IMG/VR virus record: IMGVR_UViG_3300047555_000022
Location: 1-52,583 of that record
Length of the DNA stretch: 52,583 nucleotides
Direction: 5' to 3' (one strand)
Origin: a virus
Lineage: Duplodnaviria; Caudoviricetes
Below are positions 35,763 to 44,472 of the stretch, piece by piece. Position 1 is the first letter of the stretch; each line of letters opens with the position of its first letter. The notes beneath the pieces were generated by a model. It was not told the origin of the DNA, ran no database searches, and saw only the letters and a list, made by a program, of their open reading frames with translations. The position numbers and the translations under genes were made by a program.

Positions 35763-35882
35763 TATATTTGCATACGGTTTGAAACGCCAAAAGCAAAAAT
35801 AAGACATTCAAGCAAGGCTTGGCTAAATCGGAGGTTCTTTTTGCACCTGTTTCAACGATGAAAGCCAAGCCTTGCTTTTTTT
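35763..35882 (+). ncRNA. Antirepressor leader RNA E
   Basis: TATATTTG box; stem AAGCAAGGCTTGGCT/AGCCAAGCCTTGCTT followed by a T run; TTGAAACG pairs with TGTTTCAA and GCAAAAA with TTTTTGC. Confidence 0.7.
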
Positions 35883-35891
35883 GTATCAAAA

Positions 35892-36095
35892 ATGGAATTA
35901 GCAAAATTCGATTCAGAGGTAAAGTACAGCTCCCGATTCTTGGTTGAGCAAATTAATATTTTTCGTAAAAGTGAAGAAGATAAGTCAGAGCTTGCTCATT
36001 ATTCTTTTCTTACAAAAATAGAAAAGGAATTTAGTGATGAAATAGGTGAAAAAAATATTTTTGCCACCTCATACACCTATGTATCTTTTAAATGA
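35892..36095 (+). pseudogene. Truncated Rha-like/antirepressor N-terminal fragment
   Basis: SSRFLVEQINIFRK...ELAH..FL.KIEKEF..EIG...SY, ending abruptly. Confidence 0.5.
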
Positions 36096-36105
36096 TAACT
36101 AAGCC

Positions 36106-36810
36106 ATGCAAGAACTAATTCAAATCACAACCAACAATCAAGGATTGAAAGTTGTTTCAGCAAGAGAATTATATGCTTTCTTAGGTTATGAAAGTAATAA
36201 GTTTGCAAGATGGGCGAAATCTAAAATCTTAGAAAACGATTTTGCTATTGAAAATGAAGATTGGCAGGGGTTAGACATTAATGTCCAAGGCAACATTACC
36301 AAAGATTACGCACTAAGTATTGATTTTTCAAAGCGTTTATCACAAATGGCAAGAACAGCCAAAGGTGAAGAAATAAGAAATTACTTCATTGAGTGCGAAA
36401 AGCAATTACAGACACCAAAAGAGCTAAGTAGAAAAGATATTTTGTTGCTTGCCTTAGAATCGGAAGAGCGTGCAATTTTAGCCGAAACCAAGATTTTAGA
36501 ATTGCAACCCAAAGTTGAAGCGTTCGACCGAGTAATAGATAATTCAACTACTTATACACTTGACACCGTTTCCGATATTATTAATATTGGTAGAAACAAA
36601 CTATCTGAAAAGTTAAAGCAAATCGGCTGGGCGGTCAAAGATTCAAGCAAAGGAACGTCAAGCACTCGCAAGGTAGAAGAAATAGGTTACGCTCGTACTT
36701 TCTTTGAAACGATAGTAAACGGACAAAAGGAACTGAAAGTAAAGAAAATCGTTATTACCAAAAAAGGACTTGACTATTTAGTAAATAATTATTCTAAGAT
36801 TTTTGCGTAG
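36106..36810 (+). CDS. Antirepressor-family protein: AntA/AntB + KilAC/ANT
   Basis: N-domain resembles 30788; C-domain is nearly identical to that of 14128..14826. Confidence 0.85.
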   Translation: MQELIQITTNNQGLKVVSARELYAFLGYESNKFARWAKSKILENDFAIENEDWQGLDINVQGNITKDYALSIDFSKRLSQMARTAKGEEIRNYFIECEKQLQTPKELSRKDILLLALESEERAILAETKILELQPKVEAFDRVIDNSTTYTLDTVSDIINIGRNKLSEKLKQIGWAVKDSSKGTSSTRKVEEIGYARTFFETIVNGQKELKVKKIVITKKGLDYLVNNYSKIFA

Positions 36811-36816
36811 AAACAC

Positions 36817-36907
36817 TTCCAACCAAAAGGAGGACGAAACGCAAGGGATTGCGTGTGAGCGGTAGCGAGCCGCTCCCGCAGTCGTTTCCGTCTTCCGTCA
36901 GTTGGAA
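36817..36907 (+). repeat. Isolated attC-like long hairpin with complementary outer boxes
   Basis: TTCCAAC, 5 nt, GGAGGACG...GATTGCG..GAGCGG/CCGCTC..CGCAGTC...CGTCTTCC, 4 nt, GTTGGAA. Confidence 0.65.
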
Positions 36908-36921
36908 TCCCTCCAAAAGAG

Positions 36922-36956
36922 AAACCCCTTTCAATTAAAAACTTGAAAGGGGTTTT
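36922..36956. terminator. Hairpin terminator between convergent operons
   Basis: AAACCCCTTTCAA/TTGAAAGGGGTTT. Confidence 0.7.
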
Positions 36957-36980
36957 GAGTGTAACACAGGCGGAAGCTGG

Positions 36981-37838
36981 CTATTTTTCAGTAAAACAAT
37001 TGCAATTAAGCTTGTAGCTGTTAAATTCATCATTTAATCTATCAAACCGCACTTCAAAATCAATAGGCTCGCTATTTGGTGGAATATTGACATCTAAGAA
37101 TACAATATCATCCCGAACACTTATCAAATGTAGCCTTTGAATCGCTCTTGGGTTGGTGCTTAGATTTCTAACCCTTAGTCTGTAATTTCCTTGCTTAATC
37201 CATCTATTGCTATCATCAGGATGATTATTTCCTCTCAATTTTGCATTACATGGTACACCGAAAGTACAAGGATGATAGCCGCCCTTTGTGTCTTTTACAT
37301 GAATTACAGTATTTCCTTCTTCGTCAATCAACCAATATTCAATCGATGAAACAAAGTCAGTTCCTGCATAATTCACGATTGAATGTGTCGGAAAGCCTAC
37401 CACTACTAAATCTTCGGTTACACGTTTCTCAGTCGTTTGAAAATCAGGATAAGAAACATTTTGTCCTTTGAAGTCGAAAAAGGATTCACCTCCGCCAACT
37501 TCATCAATAAATCCAAAGTAAGAGGTTCCGTATTGCCCTTTGTGCTGTCCTAACATCCAATCGGTAGGCTGTGGGCTTTCTTCAATAGCTTGCTCAATTT
37601 CTTCGTGTGGAAATTCAGAATACCCACGCTCAAAAATGCCAAAGTCAATCCCTTTTCGTCCGTTTCTGTCAAATGTTATATCAAACCCTTTTACACCTTC
37701 CTTTTCGCAATTAGGTTTTATCCAAGTGGCTTTATTGTCGAAAGTAAGCTCCAAGTTCTCTCCTTCAGCAAATTCTAACATTCTGACTTGACCGTTGGGC
37801 AAATTATGGCTTTCGTTTAAATCGGCTCTCCATCTCAT
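36981..37838 (-). CDS. Hypothetical protein
   Basis: 285-aa ORF at the end of the late operon. Confidence 0.6.
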   Translation of the reverse strand: MRWRADLNESHNLPNGQVRMLEFAEGENLELTFDNKATWIKPNCEKEGVKGFDITFDRNGRKGIDFGIFERGYSEFPHEEIEQAIEESPQPTDWMLGQHKGQYGTSYFGFIDEVGGGESFFDFKGQNVSYPDFQTTEKRVTEDLVVVGFPTHSIVNYAGTDFVSSIEYWLIDEEGNTVIHVKDTKGGYHPCTFGVPCNAKLRGNNHPDDSNRWIKQGNYRLRVRNLSTNPRAIQRLHLISVRDDIVFLDVNIPPNSEPIDFEVRFDRLNDEFNSYKLNCNCFTEK

Positions 37839-38296
37839 TTTAGTAAAAGTTTTACGTCAAAATACTTCAACAATGGGTGAACATCAAAATCAAGGTTATC
37901 TTTGTCTTTTATAGTTTGAAGTATTTTTAAACCATAATCGGCATTTTCTCTTATTTTAATAATATCTTGCTTTTTTTGTTCAATACTTTCAAGTTCGCTA
38001 AATTGTAAGCTACTACAAAGGACTTCTACCATTTCTTTATCCAAAGTAACCTTAAAAACAAACTTGCCTTTTTCCTCACTTTTGCCCTTTACACTTTTCA
38101 AGTTATTAGCTAATTCTTTCAAAATAGGGCTATAAACTTCCTCTAATGAGTCTGAACTTACCACGTACCCTTTGAAACACGACCTCACCTTTTCAATGTC
38201 AGAAGTGTTCAAAAGAAACGTATAGTTGTTGCTTGTTTTTTGAGAAACCCCTACGAGTGGCAAAAGCAAAGCAAATATCATTAATATTTTTTTCAT
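37835..38296 (-). CDS. Secreted hypothetical protein
   Basis: Sec-type signal MKKILMIFALLLPLVGVSQ. Confidence 0.6.
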   Translation of the reverse strand: MKKILMIFALLLPLVGVSQKTSNNYTFLLNTSDIEKVRSCFKGYVVSSDSLEEVYSPILKELANNLKSVKGKSEEKGKFVFKVTLDKEMVEVLCSSLQFSELESIEQKKQDIIKIRENADYGLKILQTIKDKDNLDFDVHPLLKYFDVKLLLK

Positions 38297-38580
38297 GCTA
38301 ATTTTTCTTTTAAAGTGTTTATTTTTCTCCTTGGAATCACCACAATTCCAAGCCCTTTTACTTCAATTTTATTTTCATAAAATGACAATATCTCTGTCCT
38401 TTTAGTCAGTAATGAGCGATTAATCTTAATAAAATTAGGAAACTCCGATTCAATTTTTCCAATATTATAGCCCGAAATTATTACAGTCCCTTTTTCATCA
38501 ATGATTTTTGTATAACCCTTAAATCCCTCTAAGCGAACAACCTTGGTCTTTTCTATTTTTGTTGATTTTATCTGAAACAT
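38293..38580 (-). CDS. Stand-alone LytTR DNA-binding domain protein
   Basis: GYTKI...IGKIESEFPNFIKINRSLL...IPRRK matches the LytTR pattern F.R.HRS.IVN...VSRR. Confidence 0.7.
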   Translation of the reverse strand: MFQIKSTKIEKTKVVRLEGFKGYTKIIDEKGTVIISGYNIGKIESEFPNFIKINRSLLTKRTEILSFYENKIEVKGLGIVVIPRRKINTLKEKLA

Positions 38581-38581
38581 T

Positions 38582-39028
38582 CTACTGCATTTGTTGCCAA
38601 TTTACACCGTCACTGATTACTACGATACCCGTCCCCGTTGTTAGTGTCGATGAACCAGTTGATGACAAATTTAAGTATGTGCCTATTGTTTTTGTAAGAC
38701 CACTTTTATTTGCGATAGTATAAACTTGACCCGTCTTACCCACAGCCGATGGAAGGGTTACGGTAAAAGTGCTTAGTAACGGAATTAAAACATATCTATC
38801 TGTACTTGTTAGGGTAGTGTTTGCGGAAATAGAAAAATAACGATTAATCCCTTCACTTTTTACACCAAACTGCCCCGTGCTATTTACTACTACAACTTTG
38901 TTTGTAGCAGTCATATCTGCTGTGAAACTCGTCATATTGATAGACTGAAACGGTATCACACCCACCGATTCAATAGTCTGACTAAAAGCCTTGCTTGAAA
39001 GTAATAATAAAATTAATAATTTTTTCAT
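38582..39028 (-). CDS. Signal-peptide protein with a tail-fibre-like beta domain
   Basis: MKKLLILLLLSSKAFSQ; TVTLPSAVGKTGQVYTIANK...VISDGVNWQ. Confidence 0.55.
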   Translation of the reverse strand: MKKLLILLLLSSKAFSQTIESVGVIPFQSINMTSFTADMTATNKVVVVNSTGQFGVKSEGINRYFSISANTTLTSTDRYVLIPLLSTFTVTLPSAVGKTGQVYTIANKSGLTKTIGTYLNLSSTGSSTLTTGTGIVVISDGVNWQQMQ

Positions 39029-39044
39029 TGTTTTTTTTGTTAAA

Positions 39045-39488
39045 TTAGTCAAAATGTAAGTCTTCTAAAACAACTTCATACCTGCCGTTTATCCTGCGAA
39101 TTGTCTTATACGTATATTTTTTTCGCTCAAAAAACCACATCGCCATTCCACTCTGCACGACGCTTGCCGAAAAACTAAACGTATTCCTGTCGCTTCCTTT
39201 GTACGCAAACCAAATAGGATAATTAAAATTAACAACCGTAATACTATCAATGCAAAACAGCGTAAAACTCATTTCACTTTGGGTAGTATCTGTTGGGTCA
39301 GGCAACGTAATAGTTATAGTATCTTTTGTCAGAATGTAGATTTTTTCATCGCCTAAGTCAAGTAAAGTCGTGTCGTTTTTTAAATATAACGCTTCAACAG
39401 GCTTTTTTATATAGTAATTCACACTTAACTGTGCCGATAAATCAAGCCCTAAAGCCCAAAATACGAGTAAAAAAAATAGTTGTTTCAT
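39045..39488 (-). CDS. Secreted hypothetical protein
   Basis: Signal MKQLFFLLVFWALGLDLSAQ; TITITLPDP motif. Confidence 0.6.
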   Translation of the reverse strand: MKQLFFLLVFWALGLDLSAQLSVNYYIKKPVEALYLKNDTTLLDLGDEKIYILTKDTITITLPDPTDTTQSEMSFTLFCIDSITVVNFNYPIWFAYKGSDRNTFSFSASVVQSGMAMWFFERKKYTYKTIRRINGRYEVVLEDLHFD

Positions 39489-40180
39489 TTTAATTTTTTT
39501 ATGAAGTTCACCTGTGCATTGTTCAATGCGAAAATAGTAGCACTTGCTGGCTCGTGTATGGTTTTTGTTGCTTGGTCATAAGTCTGATACTCCCAATAAC
39601 ACATCCCAGGATATAATGCTACTGCTACATCACCGCTAAATTGTATCTCGGCATCAATGTATCCAGTATTACACGCACACCAATAAAGCACAGTCGAACC
39701 ATTCACCACTTCAGTAGTATCTTTCACCAATTTAGCCTTTACCGTGCCTACTTTCGTTGTCGTGCTCAGGTTTGAATTGATAGACTTTAAGTAATAATTG
39801 CTGGTATCTTGACGTACAGCCGTGCTTGCTCCTGCTGGCAAGGAACTGCCTCCACCACCACCACTTTGTGCCAATTCGTCAGCTAACTTATAGTTTTGAA
39901 AGGCTGTTAAAACTGTTGAGCCATACGGCACGCCACTACCATCTTGAAATTCAGAGGGGAGCAAAGTCCAATAATGAGAACCAATATCATAAACAAGGAT
40001 TTTGTTATCAATCAGTTTTACCGAACAAAAAGAACGGTCTTTTATCAAACTCAATTTGGGTGCTATAACAGTTACCGTTACACTATTTGGTGTAACTTTA
40101 ATAACTTGTCCTATATAAGTAGTTTGAGCGAACAACAAATTAGGCAAAAGGAAAACGAACAGGATTAATGCTTTTTTCAT
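39485..40180 (-). CDS. Secreted hypothetical protein
   Basis: Signal MKKALILFVFLLPNLLFAQ; Gly linker GGGGGSSLPAGASTA. Confidence 0.6.
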   Translation of the reverse strand: MKKALILFVFLLPNLLFAQTTYIGQVIKVTPNSVTVTVIAPKLSLIKDRSFCSVKLIDNKILVYDIGSHYWTLLPSEFQDGSGVPYGSTVLTAFQNYKLADELAQSGGGGGSSLPAGASTAVRQDTSNYYLKSINSNLSTTTKVGTVKAKLVKDTTEVVNGSTVLYWCACNTGYIDAEIQFSGDVAVALYPGMCYWEYQTYDQATKTIHEPASATIFALNNAQVNFIKKLK

Positions 40181-40191
40181 CGTTTTTTTTA

Positions 40192-40224
40192 TAAAAAAGG
40201 GCGGATTTTAACCTCCGCCCCCTT
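40192..40224 (-). terminator. Intrinsic terminator after the capsid gene
   Basis: GGGCGGA/TCCGCCC hairpin followed by a T run on the minus strand. Confidence 0.7.
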
Positions 40225-40241
40225 GTGTGTGGAGGTAGTAA

Positions 40242-41381
40242 TTACTGCCCTAAAACATAGTGATAAATACCTGTATCACCTGACAATGGAGTTGCACCCT
40301 CTAAGAAGTTAAACGGTTTTGTCCAAAAGTCATACGTCAGTTGCCAGTAAAGCTCAATTTGGGGTTTGCCCGAAGTTGGACACATTCCCTTTTTGTTTGA
40401 AAACGTTTCTAAAGGCAAGATAAATGAGTTCTCGCAGTTTTCAGCTAAACGAACGCTCAACGAACCAAATTCATTTTCAGCAAAACTATTTGGCATAAAC
40501 TGATTTTGTGCGAAAGTCAATCCTGCAAATGATTCTTTTTCAATCAAAATTAACGTTCCTTCGCCATACATTGCATCTACGTAGTTTGAAAAATAAAATT
40601 CAAACGGCATAGAGTCTCTAACAGTTTGGAAGTTTGTTCCAATATCCGAACAGCAATGGATATTAGGCATCCCACAACTTGCCGAAAACCATGTAGCCCA
40701 CTTAATGCCGCCAATAGCAATATAATTATCAGCATACCCAGTAGTTAGTTTCAACTGAACCATTTCTGTTAAAATGTCTTCAACATAATGACCTGCCGCA
40801 TCTTTCAAATTAATTACCTTCGCAGTAATTTGTTGCGTTAATGGATTGTACCCAGCAACTAACTTTTGAAGTGCATACTGCTCCATTGGAGCTAAAAATG
40901 CAGTCTTTAAACGTCTTTGGATATTGTCCTGCAACGACCCCAACGCACGAAACTTGCGTAACGCTCCCATCGTTTCTGTGCCGCCATTGATGCTTACATT
41001 TGAACTAAGCCCAGCCAAATATGCTTCTGCATTTTCGCACAAATCCGAAAACTCCTTTACTTCATAAGCCAATCCGTCTTGGAGGTACTTATCAATCGTA
41101 AATGACGTTTGCGTAGGTATTGCCTTTGTTCCCACAGTACAGGCAAAGGTCGTTTGTGGCGTTACTACTTGGTCTTTGATAACATTAATCTTAACCGTTG
41201 GCTTACCTGTCGTATCTTGCGAATATAAGCCAGGTCCTACCACAGGGTCTAAGATATTTGCCAACATATTCGAGCTTGGGCTACGAGATGCACGAACTGC
41301 ACCAAACCCAATAAACTTTGAGCGTTCCGCCATGCCGACCTCAAGGATTCCGCAGGTCGTTAATTTTACATTTCTTTGCAT
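40242..41381 (-). CDS. Probable major capsid protein
   Basis: 379 aa, after portal and scaffold, followed by a terminator; position and size only. Confidence 0.65.
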   Translation of the reverse strand: MQRNVKLTTCGILEVGMAERSKFIGFGAVRASRSPSSNMLANILDPVVGPGLYSQDTTGKPTVKINVIKDQVVTPQTTFACTVGTKAIPTQTSFTIDKYLQDGLAYEVKEFSDLCENAEAYLAGLSSNVSINGGTETMGALRKFRALGSLQDNIQRRLKTAFLAPMEQYALQKLVAGYNPLTQQITAKVINLKDAAGHYVEDILTEMVQLKLTTGYADNYIAIGGIKWATWFSASCGMPNIHCCSDIGTNFQTVRDSMPFEFYFSNYVDAMYGEGTLILIEKESFAGLTFAQNQFMPNSFAENEFGSLSVRLAENCENSFILPLETFSNKKGMCPTSGKPQIELYWQLTYDFWTKPFNFLEGATPLSGDTGIYHYVLGQ

Positions 41382-41412
41382 TTTTAATAAAAGTTGTGTG
41401 TGTATGATAAAT

Positions 41413-41721
41413 TTACTTTTGCTTTGACTTCAAGAATTTATCTACGTCCTCAAACTTGATAACTCCCTTTTCTTCCCCAATGAATATGCCTAATATGGAA
41501 CTTTTGGGTATTCCATCGTAAGTATATGCCATCGCCCCCGCAAGGGTAACTACATTTCTCGTTTTTGGTCTTGACTCAATAATGCTTTGACCGTCTGAGG
41601 CTATTGAATTGTGGCTTTCTGTTTCGATAACTACCTTTGCTTTTGGCAATGCCACTAATAGTTTGTCAATTTTTTCAAACTCTAAAGCCTTTATTGGATA
41701 TTTTGTTTTATCAATCTTCAT
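41413..41721 (-). CDS. Hypothetical protein
   Basis: ORF track. Confidence 0.55.
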   Translation of the reverse strand: MKIDKTKYPIKALEFEKIDKLLVALPKAKVVIETESHNSIASDGQSIIESRPKTRNVVTLAGAMAYTYDGIPKSSILGIFIGEEKGVIKFEDVDKFLKSKQK

Positions 41722-42583
41722 TTTTTGTAAATTTATTTAATAAGTTCTTTTGCTCAAAAGTCCTGTTATCTACCGCCGTTTGAGCCTGTATATTGGCAGT
41801 AACCTGCTGTGTTTCTGCCATTTTTTTCAAGTCATTGTTTTCGCTCACAAATGAGGTTAAATAAGTGTCAATGTCAAGGTCTTTGCCCCCTTTCACCACA
41901 GACTTGCCATCTTTCAAAACCTTGCCACTTGCCAAATCAAAAAGCAAGCCTTCTTGTTCCACCTTTCTGTTTAGCCTTGCCAAAGCAATGTCTAAACCTA
42001 TATCTTTTTTCGTTATGTCTTGAACATCGGCTCTGTTGCTCCAAATTACGCCTAACTTTGTGTTAGACACTTCCATATCCTTTTGCCTAAGCTTAGTTTC
42101 ATATCCTTGTTTTTCGCTCCTTAAAATGCCTAATTCTGACTCTAACTCAGCGAGCTTGTCAAGTTTGGTGTTCGCTTCTAAAAGTGCATTTTGTGCAGTT
42201 CTTAGTGCTTCGTTGTCGCCGTCTTGCTTTGCATCTTTTACCTCTTTCTTTGCATCAATTTGAGCCTGTTTTGCCGTTGTAATAGCTTTGCCCAGCATTT
42301 CGTACTTTGCTTTGCCTCTTCCTTGTTTTATCTTGTCCACCTGCTCTTTGCCGAGAATGTCAGACAGTAAATCAAGGTTAGAATCTTCTTCGTCAAGTGT
42401 GGATTTCTTGACATTCGTTTTAAAATTTGGGAGTGCCGTATTTTCGATTACGTCAATAATCGCTAATAGGTCATCTGGCATCTCTACCTTTGCATTTTTT
42501 TCGATTAACGCCTTTTGTTCGGCATCTAATTCAAAGCCTAAAGCCTTTGCTAATCGCTCAATTGTTATTGTTAATTTTGCCAT
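41711..42583 (-). CDS. Probable capsid scaffolding protein
   Basis: Charged coiled coil between portal and capsid genes. Confidence 0.6.
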   Translation of the reverse strand: MAKLTITIERLAKALGFELDAEQKALIEKNAKVEMPDDLLAIIDVIENTALPNFKTNVKKSTLDEEDSNLDLLSDILGKEQVDKIKQGRGKAKYEMLGKAITTAKQAQIDAKKEVKDAKQDGDNEALRTAQNALLEANTKLDKLAELESELGILRSEKQGYETKLRQKDMEVSNTKLGVIWSNRADVQDITKKDIGLDIALARLNRKVEQEGLLFDLASGKVLKDGKSVVKGGKDLDIDTYLTSFVSENNDLKKMAETQQVTANIQAQTAVDNRTFEQKNLLNKFTKNED

Positions 42584-44468
42584 TTGTAATTCGCCCAGCC
42601 ACAGCCGAACCGTTTAAAAGTTTTGGTACAGTTGAAGCAATAGCACTTGCTTTGCTCATTACTTTGTTAATTTGTTCGCTTTCGGTTAGTAGCCAAAAAG
42701 CGTTTATAGTTGGCTTGCATGACACTACTTTGTCTTTCAATTCGCAAGTCGTTTGCTTTAGTTCTTCCTCTCTCTCGCATTCTTTCACAATCGAATACAA
42801 TTGAAAACTCAAAACTTTTTGTTCCGTAGTCAATAATTCCAAAGCCATTGCCTGTGAAAATTCACTAATTCCCGATAACGGATTTAGCATATTTATAAAC
42901 TTTTCACGCTTGTATTCAATAGATTCTTTGCCAAATTCTTTTTCAACAAGCTTCTCGCTTGTGTGTGTCAAAATCAATGGACTAAATCCGCCTTTTGACA
43001 TTTCAGTCATAGAGGTTTCAAGTTCTGTTTTCGTGTATAAATCGAAACTCCGTGGCACTCTAACGAACGGAATGTATTTTTTTATTTCGTCAATGTTTCC
43101 ACTTAACGCAACAAATAAACGTTGGTAAGCAATACACGTTAATTGCCTTTGAAGCATATCGCACACCAATTCAGAAATAAAAATAGTATGCTTATTCATT
43201 TCTTCCCTATCAAGGGACTTCTTCACTCCACTATCTCCTGCATTGGTATCGCCAAGCGATTCCATGTTACAGGCGAAATAAGCCTGTCGCATTTGTTCTT
43301 GATAAAACTCCCAAAAAGTTTTGGCACTTTCAGGGTTAGCATTTATGTAACCAAATTTATCGCTTGGACTTGTTTTTTTGATGGTATTTTCGCCACCAGT
43401 TAATAATCCATCTTGCTCCGAAGAGAATAAAACTACATCGCCAATATCTCCACTTTGAATGTTTAATGAGTTTCCTGTACCATTGCAACTCGGACAGTTC
43501 GATAACTTATTGCCAACTCGAACCTTCCCTTTCTCACAACCATTTTCTGTACATTGGGCATTTGATTCTGCCCACATAAATCCATTCACGTTGTAAGCAC
43601 AGTTTGAGGCAAAATCTAACCATTGAAACTGTGATTTTCTCAAAAACACAATAGCAGGTTTGAGTAAACTATCTTTTATTATTTCTCCTCGTTCTGACCC
43701 ACGAAGTGCAACGCTTTTGCCAATTTGAAAACATGGCATAAACGGGCAATTGTGTTCAAAAGGTACTATTGCCGTAATTTTTCCATTCTCATTTTTCAAC
43801 AAACTTCTGCAAGTAATTGCAAAATCTGAAAGGCTATTTATGTCAGCTCTCGACTCTTGAGTCAATATTACATAATGGAAATTCGTGAACAAGTAATATT
43901 GCGAACCTGTTTTTTCAAACCCTATATCATCCTTCAATCGTACTTTCTTGCTCGACCTAATAAATGCAAATTCATGTGAGAAAAACAACACATTTTCCGC
44001 TGGCTCAAACTCTACCGTCGGTGTTGGAAGTACCTTATCAGTTGTAATGTTTGGTAAAATAAAATATACACCGTTTGGTTCAAATATAAGGTCGTTGATA
44101 ATTCTGTCTTGAAAATTTTTGACAAAATCGCCATATTTATATTCGTCCTTTAAGTACTTCCTTAGGGTATAATCAGTTTCTTCTTCGCCATATTTCACCT
44201 CAAAGTCTTCTGATTGAAATATAGCGTTGTAAGTGCTTTTAAAACGTTCTTCAAAACTCAAACACGGATTGCCGACCGATTCAAAAAACAGCTTACGGTA
44301 CTCTTTGGTTTTTTTACTCGCTTTCGGACGTTGGATGTCTAAATATTTAGGCATTTTTTTGGAAAAAGTTTCCACCACAAGGGCTTTCTCTTCCAAAGCC
44401 CTTGTGTGGTAAAAACCTTTGTCAAAACTTTCAACGCTTGAAAGTAATTGTTGCAAAAACTCTAACAT
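42558..44468 (-). CDS. Probable portal protein with an inserted Cys Zn-finger
   Basis: 636 aa; CTENGC...CPSCNGTG insert; DSGVKKSLDRE...; VRVPRSFDL. Confidence 0.65.
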   Translation of the reverse strand: MLEFLQQLLSSVESFDKGFYHTRALEEKALVVETFSKKMPKYLDIQRPKASKKTKEYRKLFFESVGNPCLSFEERFKSTYNAIFQSEDFEVKYGEEETDYTLRKYLKDEYKYGDFVKNFQDRIINDLIFEPNGVYFILPNITTDKVLPTPTVEFEPAENVLFFSHEFAFIRSSKKVRLKDDIGFEKTGSQYYLFTNFHYVILTQESRADINSLSDFAITCRSLLKNENGKITAIVPFEHNCPFMPCFQIGKSVALRGSERGEIIKDSLLKPAIVFLRKSQFQWLDFASNCAYNVNGFMWAESNAQCTENGCEKGKVRVGNKLSNCPSCNGTGNSLNIQSGDIGDVVLFSSEQDGLLTGGENTIKKTSPSDKFGYINANPESAKTFWEFYQEQMRQAYFACNMESLGDTNAGDSGVKKSLDREEMNKHTIFISELVCDMLQRQLTCIAYQRLFVALSGNIDEIKKYIPFVRVPRSFDLYTKTELETSMTEMSKGGFSPLILTHTSEKLVEKEFGKESIEYKREKFINMLNPLSGISEFSQAMALELLTTEQKVLSFQLYSIVKECEREEELKQTTCELKDKVVSCKPTINAFWLLTESEQINKVMSKASAIASTVPKLLNGSAVAGRITNGKINNNN

Positions 44469-44472
44469 TCAA

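Noticed and set aside
12987-36810. Diversity-generating retroelement behind the antirepressor paralogues
   Set aside because: No reverse transcriptase is present, and I saw no template/variable repeat pair differing only at adenines.
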